A model generated the notes under the pieces. It searched no databases. It was given only the letters and a program-made list of their open reading frames with translations, and was not told where the DNA came from. A DNA stretch of 56,489 nt, filler included, from Sphacelaria rigidula (Eukaryota): NCBI GenBank assembly GCA_964200075.2. It is 5 parts of 5 records of this genome, joined end to end, with 100 filler letters (N's around TTAATTAATTAA, not from the genome) between each part and the next. Parts side by side here need not be neighbours in the genome. Positions count along the whole stretch, not along the records: positions 45,273 to 56,489 come from CAXNAA020005224.1; 4 more parts are not named here. One strand, written 5' to 3'. Shown piece after piece: positions 48,112 through 56,489 of this stretch. Position 1 is the first letter of the stretch; every line of letters starts with the position of its first letter. The translations under genes were made by a program, and so were the position numbers.

Positions 48112-51100
48112 TATCTGACATCTATAGCATCTGCCAGACGATCTTGACAAGACGACATTCAACGAGGGATTGCTCCAGTATCCCCGGCCTCGTGCTCGAC
48201 AAGTCCTTTCTTCTCACTTGTTATTGTGACGGAGTGATCCTCAACAGACCACATCAAGAGCCAGACAGCAAGGGGCCACGCAGATAAGGGAAACCAATCC
48301 AGGATCCCCTGTCCCCTGTCACTGCTCCAATACTGCATGTGATTATACTGAAACGTACGGCTTGGTATAATTTGGCTACAGCACCAAAGCATTCATCCTA
48401 CATTCACCTCGAGCATGCGAATGCTGAAATACATCTTTCACTTCCGCGGTGATGTGCAACTGAGAGTCAGCATAGAAACGCAAACAAACCTTGTCACGCA
48501 ACGAATCAGCATCCATGGCATCGACGTTCTACTCGCCGCCAGTGACAGAAACCAGCGCGGACAGCGCTGTACGCGGCGCACGCCCAGACATCACACAATA
48601 CGGAGTGTTACGGTAGCGTTCACGAAAATAAGTATTCAACGCCCACTGAGCGGATGGCAAACCATCAACCCATTCAGACACTGGCTGTCTCTATTCCGAC
48701 AAAATGGACCGCAACGCACGAATAACCTCTTTCACCATGCGCTCACAAGCACCATTTGACCAAGGGGTATATGCAACAGAAAATTGGTGTTGCACCTTTA
48801 GCTCGTCGCTTAGCTGCGCGATCACTCGAATGTTGAAGTGCGTGGCGGTATCACTAACCCACACACGCGNNNNNNNNNNCACGCGGCACCCCCAAAGTCT
48901 TGCACCAATGGAGCAAGTGCTTAGCCGTAACCTCGGCGGTGCAAGCCTCGGTCGGCTTCACGCAAACGAAATTGGACAAACCATCCGTGATAACCCAAAC
49001 GTATCGAAAGCAATTCTCCTCAGGCAACCCACAAGCATTTTCACGTCCACTATCCCCGACGTACAGGAAATCAAAGTGAACAACTTTACCTGGCGCAGTA
49101 CCATGTACAGTATCGCCATACGGACGAGGTACACTCGCACCAGCACGAGTGTCTACACAATGCAAATACTGACGAACGAACTCGCGAACGTGGGAATCCA
49201 TGTGAGGCCACTCACAGTATTTTTTCAAGCGAAAGACAGTCGGTGCCACACCACGGCGACCAGCCGACCGCATGTGAGCGCACACCATCAACCGAGTTTG
49301 TAGAGCCTTATCATCCGATATAATCCACAAAACGTCACTACAGCCATCACGCACGCGGAACAAACCATCGTCAGCCAAAGCAGCTTGACCGAAAATCGTA
49401 GGAAAATAATGAAAACCGCCGCCGACTGTTTTGCGCTGCGCGATACGAATGCCGTCTAACGAGAGTAGCGAATCATCGGCATCACGCGGACTGTACACGG
49501 CAACAGAACGAATAGGCACGGTGGAAACCTTTATCCAGCAAGACAATAAATGTCCCCAACAATTGCGCTCTCCAGGAATGTATTTAATGACATACAGATA
49601 TTGGTGTTGGGCTCCCAGCAACTCCCGCATATCTTCATGGCTTGGCATCACCACCGGAGGCTGTTCCACTTGCACGTTCATCGCCTGATAGTCGCTGATC
49701 AAACGGAATGTGTCCCTTTTCAGCACCGCCATCGCCGGACTCGCCCACACAGCCTGGATGTTTCTCACCACTAAACCAAACGCCACCAAAGCTGCGATGC
49801 ATGAGGCAAGCCACCCGGTCTTCGACGAATCGTACCGTCTGGGCTTGGCCTTCACCGCATCTATCTGGGGCTTGAGCTGCACCCTCATGGACTCTACGCG
49901 CGCTAGCGGATCACCGCGCAGCGCACGACGAAATGTATCTACGCGACGAGCCAAAATATCGCACTGACAATGTGCGCCATCGGCGCCTGGGCCCTTCTGC
50001 TCGGCCTGCTGCACGCTATCTTCAAGTGCACGTTCTCTGGCACCTCTTTCCTCCGCTGGGTCCATAAACATGTCGGGCCCCCGATCGACCAAGCGCTCCG
50101 CCGCTTCATCCGCAGGAGCCTCCTGCTCATTGGCGCTCTGGAATGACCGTATGGATACGGTCACGCGCCTTGCAGCAAGATAGCTGGGATTTCCCTCGCC
50201 GGTTTGCACCGGCACAGCACGCGGGCGTCACCTATCGAACGCCAGCGGATACAGATCAATCCCGAGCTCCTTCATCATCGCCATCTCAAATAAAACCACG
50301 TTGTCCCTACCGCTCATGACAGCGAAAGTAATGGGCTTCAACTTCACAGCCCCCCCACCGCACACGCACGCTAACAGTAATTGGCACGGTTTTGAGTGTA
50401 ACCGTCACGGGAGCACCCGTGGCGGTCTGCGCCGTTCGCGGTCTATTTTCGAACGGAATCTGAAGCTGAGCGCCGCCAAACTGTGAAAACATCTATTCTA
50501 GCAGTTCTAGCAACCCCACACCGATCGACGTAAGCGCGAACCCAGAATCCAGAATAACGCGGGCCATGAACGGACCTACAGAACCAGGCAAGGCTCAATC
50601 TGTGCGTAAGCACTCAGCCTTGCGATCGACAGGTACCGCGCCTGCCGAAGAACCCTGGTCGGTACTAAGCGTCACCTGACGCCAGGGCTGCCCTCCAGCA
50701 CTGGACATCGACTGCTGAGAATCGTCGGTCCAACCAGACCTAGTCGTCGAATATGCAGACGGCGCTGTTACGGCCGTCGCAGCCGTAGGAGATGCACCAG
50801 GCACGAAACCTGCCTGGCCGAGGAGTTGCGAGCTTCGCTCCAGCATCCCCACCTGAAGTAGTTTCATTTCCCACGTACACTGTTCGCCCCGCTACGGACG
50901 AACCATAAGATCCAGAGTCACCACCTGATGACGTAGTGGAAGAAACAGCAGCGGAGGAACCACCGTCCGCGGCCGATTGCTTGCAACCGCGGCCGCCGCG
51001 CCCGCGTCCCTGATTGGCACGGCCCCGTCCACCGTGACGACCGCTCCAAAATCCTGATGAATCTCGCGCATTGCCCTGTGCAGCGCCTTGAGCGCGAGGC

Positions 51101-52348
51101 TTGGGGCAGTCCTTCATCATATGTCCAGTGTCGCCGCAGTTGCAACACGCGCGAGTGGACAATGCTCGCGAAGACGGCTGCTGTTTCTGTTGCTGTTGAT
51201 GTTTGCGGCGCATACCACCTGCACTTGTTGCAGAATCGCGCCGGCTATGTGCTTCACATGAACTTCCACTGGTTGGCGGCATCAAATATTTTGTTGGAAA
51301 CCACCATCGAGTATTTTCCCATCCTTCTTCATACGTTAGTACGCTTCTAACATACGCCTTGAATTCCAGAGGCGAAATTCCGTCCACCAAAGCCATGGCA
51401 ACTGACTCAGCCAGGCCTGGCAACCCACTCCTGCCCCCCGCACGGTACATCGCTTGCACGGTGAGGTTTTCTGCCAAAAACGTTTCCATCGACAAACTGA
51501 CCATCATCGCACGAACCTTCACGGAATTTCCACCGCTTTGTGGCACAGTAAGAATTCCACGTAGGTCTGCTGCAGCCTGCACAGTGTCATGCTTGCCGCC
51601 TGTTGTGGTGTACTCGGCATGCTGCTTCACAGCATCTGGCAATTCATCGGAAGTCATAGCCCGACCGTCCTTGTACATATCTTCGAAGCACCGGTAAAAA
51701 TAGGTAGGGATGAGTTGTCCGATGCTTACTCTCTCATGTCGTATGACTCCTGTTCCGTTGGCCGGATATAGCATCTCTATGTAGTCCGGATATTTGGCAT
51801 AGAAAATTCTTGACGTTTCTTCAGTTCGCAATTCGCCATACTTGGGCGGCTCTAGTGGCTCACCTCAAACGAACGGGGCTGTCGCCGCTTGAGCCATGTC
51901 GACTAGAATTGAACACTTCACTGACAGACTCTTGCCTGACTTGTGCGTCCTCCAGCCCACGAAGCGTCCCCCACTGTTATGCGCTGCAAGTTGGGTCCTC
52001 TCTCTGCGGGCTAAACTAACTTTCAGCTGCAGCCCACTTTTCTGCAAAGCAAAACTCCTCCAACAGAGTGCCGGAAGAATATCTAGATAGTATAGCCTCT
52101 GCCAGATGATCTTGACGAGAGGACTTTCAACGAGGGACTCCTGCCGTATCACTGGCCTCGTGCTCGACAAGTGGTTTTTTCTCACTTTTTATTATCACGC
52201 AGTGATCCTCGACAGATCACATCAAGAGCTAGACAGCAAGGGGCCACACAGATAAGGGTCATCAATCCAGGATCCCCTGTTCCCTGCCACTGCTCCAATC
52301 ATGCATGCGATTATACTGAAACGTACGGCTTGATATCATTTGGCTACA
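48112..52348 (-). mobile_element. Ty3/Gypsy LTR retrotransposon, decayed and internally deleted
   Basis: 5' LTR 51975-52348 (TG...CA), PBS-like TGGGGGACGCTTCGTGGG at 51973-51956, and a truncated 3' LTR 48112-48380 (roughly 80% similar by eye). Gag has the knuckle CCNCGDTGHMMKDC. Protease ILDSG lies at ~50541-50555, followed by the RT start WASPAMAV, the RNase H end, and integrase HFDFL / WVSDTATHF / SNGACERM, in Gypsy order. Confidence 0.93.
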
Positions 52349-53766
52349 CATCAAAGGAGTAACGCCACAACACGCGGCGTGATGCTTCGGTTTAACAAAA
52401 ATGTTTCTTCGTCGTGCAAGAGGCAAGAAGCAAAATGTGTGTAGTATAATCGAAAATGCTCACCCTTAGTCGTGAACGAGAATGATGTAAGATATAGTGC
52501 GGTACAAGAGAAGCATTAACCATGTTGGGGGTGCGGAGGATTATGGTAACCAGTAAAGGAATAGGCTCTGACAATGACGAAGATTATGCGAGCACGATAC
52601 ACCTCTGTATCACGAACAAGCTTACTACTTCTGGCCCTCCGTCGGTCAGTCTGATTTGGTGCCGCTGTCAACGTGCCTTACTCTGGGAGTGTGCATAAAT
52701 GTGTGGGGCGTGTGCGTGTGTGAGGTATTGAGTGAGAGAGATTGAGTATGGGTTATTGTGTGAGAGAGTGAGATTGGTTGAGAGACGCAGGGTTTGACCA
52801 AAGATAACCGAAGCGTTATACACTACTGTTTCTGCTTTGACTGAACCAGGCTGCTTATCATCGTTCACGAGCATCTGAGTTGTGCGGACGATTACCCACA
52901 CATCAGTGCGACTTCCCCCGCTAGCGGAAGAGATTTTCCGCCTCAGCAGTTGGGTTAGACATTTGAGGGCGTTTGGGCAAGAGGAGAGTTTGAGTCGAAG
53001 AGGTTTTGAGTGAAGGGTGTGAGAGAGTTTTCACATTTAAGTAACGAGGTTGAGCGAGGTTGACAATTTGATTGAGTTTTAAAGACGGTGGAGAGAAACA
53101 AAATTCTAGAGGAAATCGATTAGTAGTCAAGTACAGGTTAAGGGCAATATGACAGAACACCAGGACCCGACTATGAATATGGCAGAACAACTGCGACGAG
53201 TAACTGAAGAGTTGAGTGAGATAAAGCAGACGATCAACAGCACACCAGTGACGCCTGCTACCACAGCTTCCCAAGCACCCCCAGTATCCGAGTCCCGGAC
53301 CGCACTGTCCCAACTTTCTCATTCTCACCGTGTTCGCAGCAATAAAATCATACCCCCTTGGGATAAAAAAGCTGCGACATCCACAAGTGTGAAGAACAGA
53401 TTTGACGTGTTTCACATCCAGATGTGTGAGTACTTCAAAAGCGAAGAGTGCTTCGACGCGTCGAAAACCGACGACCCCCGATCAGAGTACACCGTGAAAA
53501 CGGTGATGGTTTGAGAGCGTATTCCGGCAACTTAGCTGTCGATAGCAAAACGGGCCATGAAGAACATCCTCGATACGATTGCGTACCCCCATTGGCTGGA
53601 CAGATCGATATGCTTGGAAGCCCCAGCCAAGCATGGGATAATGCGGTGAAGTACCATCGCACACCATCAGCCGTGGACAAAGCCAAACTCGAATATGAAT
53701 GGCAGACGTTCGTTGCAGATGGCTGACGGAGAATCGCCGATGAATTTTCTCTCTCGGACTAAATTC

Positions 53767-53904
53767 CATACCCTGGACAATAGAATACACGGTAAAAAAA
53801 TATACTGCGTACAGTATGAAACCTACTGTCTATTGCAATAGACAATATATTCCATACTGTACGCAGTATATTTTTTCACCGTGTATTCTATTGTCCAGGG
53901 TATG
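53767..53904. mobile_element. 138-bp fully palindromic MITE with 8-bp TSD, inserted in Copia gag
   Basis: cataccctggacaatagaatacacggt... / ...accgtgtattctattgtccagggtatg. TSD ctaaattc at 53759-53766 and 53905-53912. Confidence 0.92.
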
Positions 53905-55700
53905 CTAAATTCATTCGTGCAAAACGCGAAGAGATCGATGTTATATTTCTCGGACTCGGAGGCGAATAGATATATTGTAAGGTGCCTATCGCCCGAGTAT
54001 GAGCACTTGCGTAGGACTTTGTCGGCCCACCGCGAAATCAAGACGAAGGTACTGAACCATCATCGAGAGACTGCATACGCTGACTTTCAGTTGCCTAGGA
54101 AGAGAGAGAAACAGGGACACTTCAAACCAAGCCCTCTTTGTCACTGCTACCGCATAGACGGGGAAATGGTTCACCAGGCAGACGGCACAACGCGGGGGCG
54201 ACGACCCCACAATTCCCAACAACAAAACAACCAACAAAACGCATGCCAATTTCGCCCCGACTCCCCATAGCAATCCGATTCCCATTCACATCATGGGTCA
54301 CCGCAACACTACCATGGTCATGGTGGTCGAGGGGGGTGATATTCCTCGGGACAACAATAACAGTGGCGTCCTCACAGTCGTTAGAAACGGGTAGGACTGG
54401 GCCGTTGTAGGACATACCAACTCAATCAACGAACGTACCAGATTCGTCGCCCATTCAACTACCCCAACTGCCCTTCTCGCCACACTATGTCCACCCAACA
54501 AACACAGGCCCAGATAACCCCCGCTTTTCAGGTAACCAGGGCTCAATTCACCACCAACACCAAACGAACCATACATCATCATCAGCCCACAGCCCACATC
54601 AATCACACCACGTCTACAGCCGTACACCTTGCGCCCATACCGTTCGACAAACCGATACCGCCCAGCAGCATCATGACGAGAGCGTTGATAACGTTGTCTA
54701 TGAGGACAATGCCTTCGACGAGGCAGGTTTCGCCCACACCGTACAGTATCATACCCCTCGACACCAACTGCAGTCGCAACAAACCCCCAACACGGAACAT
54801 CCCCCCAGCTACACATCACCCTCATCATCCTATGACCACCCACGACCGAACCAAGCACCCGACTACTGCTTATATCATTCCTCAACTGCGCCACCACCAC
54901 CATATCACCCATCAGCACCTCCACCACTCAGCCGATCCCGGCATCATGCCTCATCCACGGCACCGCCGACGTATCACCCATCACCAACTGAACGGCCCGA
55001 CCAATTCCATCATGATCCCTCCTCCGCTGTACAACCACCGCCATACTCTTCGCTCCGTAACTACGAGTCATCCGATCCAAATACCCATCCGGTAACCCTC
55101 GACCCTACGTCCACTGCCGAGCTGTCGCATGCTGATAACCCTGGTGTTCACATGTGTATGGCGCTTTCTGCCTTCCCAGGAAAAGTCAGCTTTCGGTTTA
55201 GGTAATTTCGATGTGAAGGATAGGATGCCATGACTGACGAAATTTCCGCCTGTTCCTGATTTAGAACTACGGATTGCAGACTCAGGTACATCGCACCACA
55301 CCACAGGCAGCATGACCGACGTTTTCGATACTCGTCCTCCCCCAGCGGGAAGAGCAAATATTGTTGTGGGGAATGGTAAAGTGCTACCGGTCAAGGCAGT
55401 CGGGAGTCTCAAGTTAAGATTCCATCAATCATATGGCAACAACTCCCCAGATACTGAAGAGACTACAGTGTACTGCTCATGGATGTGTACGAATTGGACG
55501 GGATTCAGTTTAATGTGTTCTCTGTTCACCGGGTGCAAAAGAGTCAACGAGTAATCTGCGATGAAAAAGGTGTACACCTGTTCGACGGCAGGCTACGTTT
55601 CGACTACAATAGGCGTTCCTCACCACAATTTGTCACACGCCTGCCACCGACCTACGGACAGATTTCATTAGTCACTCCTGTCGTCACTGAGAGGGGTGCT

Positions 55701-56070
55701 GATTCTGCATTCATCCCACAGCGAGCAAACGCCAGTAAGAGTCCCCCAGATTCTTCTTCCATTCCACAGCAAGTGAGTGTCGGTAAGATTCTCCCAGATT
55801 CTGCTTCTTCTCCACAGCGAGTGAGTGTCAGTAAAGATTCCCCCTGATTCTGCTTTTATTCCACAGCGAGTAAGTGTCAGTAAGATATCACGAAATATAC
55901 TAATGTTCCACACCTAGCGAGTGTCAGTAAGCCTCTCCCGAATTCTGCTTCCATTCCACAGCGAGTGTCAGTAAGATTCACCCGATTACTGCTTCCATTC
56001 CACAACGAGTGAGTGTCGGTAAGAGTCCCCCCATTTTTGCCTTTACCTCACAGCGTATGAGTGTCGACCA
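55701..56070 (+). repeat. ~48-bp minisatellite, ~8 copies, inside Copia pol
   Basis: Unit gattctgcttccattccacagcgagtgagtgtcagtaagattctccca (16 codons, about DSASIPQRVSVSKILP). Confidence 0.9.
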
Positions 56071-56310
56071 TAACGCAAATATTCTTGTCCTTGGTTTTCG
56101 AGTGTGAAGAAAGTGATTGAGGGGGAAAGAAAAGACATGGCACTTGCACCCAACCGACGACCCTCCACGGACGGCCAACCACAACGAGATATAACAACAA
56201 ATTGTGCGAATTGGGGTTTAACTGCGAGATGAGGTTCAAGCCTTCAACAGTGATTTTCCCACACTTTCAGCAATGGTGTCCAATGACGGTTTTGTCGGCC
56301 TAATGCCCCT

Positions 56311-56489
56311 CGATCGCGTAGATACTACTTCAGCGCAATTCACTGACTCTGTGAGCTTACAGTACTGACCAAAACCGTCATTTTCCCAGATATTACCCCC
56401 CTCAAAAACGAGGGGGAAATAACGGTTTCGGTCAGCGCTATAAGCTCACAGAGTCGGTGAATTGCGCTGAAAACGTATCTACGCGATCG
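56311..56489. repeat. Foldback inverted repeat running to the contig end
   Basis: cgatcgcgtagatac..tttcagcgcaattcac.gactctgtgagctta pairs with taagctcacagagtcggtgaattgcgctgaaaacgtatctacgcgatcg. Arms are ~77 bp. Confidence 0.9.

Larger units (their letters stand above)
52666..56070 (+). mobile_element. Ty1/Copia LTR retrotransposon 5' half (LTR, gag, protease), decayed
   Basis: Putative LTR 52666-53135 (TG...CA), PBS-like ggttaagggc, and ATG at 53149. Gag-like CLSPEYEHLRRTL, protease IADSGTSHHTTG (DSG at 55279-55287), then VGNGKVLPVKAVG and DVYELDGIQFNVFS. The LTR limits are inferred without a partner LTR. Confidence 0.85.

Noticed and set aside
55701-56070. CRISPR-like array
   Set aside because: Units are contiguous with no unique spacers, there are no cas genes, and the context is a eukaryotic retroelement.

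Overview
Eukaryotic, intron- and repeat-rich DNA, most consistent with a brown alga (Phaeophyceae). This is inferred from gene structure and retroelement types, not from a database match. The window is not one locus. It is five contigs of 11219, 11218, 11218, 11217 and 11217 bp, apparently sorted by length and joined by a 100-bp N44-TTAATTAATTAA-N44 linker, so nothing can be inferred across the linkers. There are three 5'-partial spliced genes: a NodU/CmcH/TobZ-family carbamoyltransferase (8 exons, +), the last 2 exons of a Cys/Met-metabolism PLP lyase (-), and the last 4 exons of a branched-chain aminotransferase (-). The rest is mostly mobile DNA: a decayed LINE, an internally deleted Ty3/Gypsy, Ty1/Copia relics, tRNA-SINEs, MITEs and long foldback palindromes. 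The most interesting pattern is a poly(C)-ended retroposon system. The LINE ORF2 runs into a ~66-nt structured 3' module (A) followed by a C-run instead of poly(A). Module A and a paralogous module B, which ends a ~500-bp apparently non-coding partner element, occur in all five contigs. They sit at C/G runs, three insertions show 15-21 bp target-site duplications, and A and B are often stacked next to each other.
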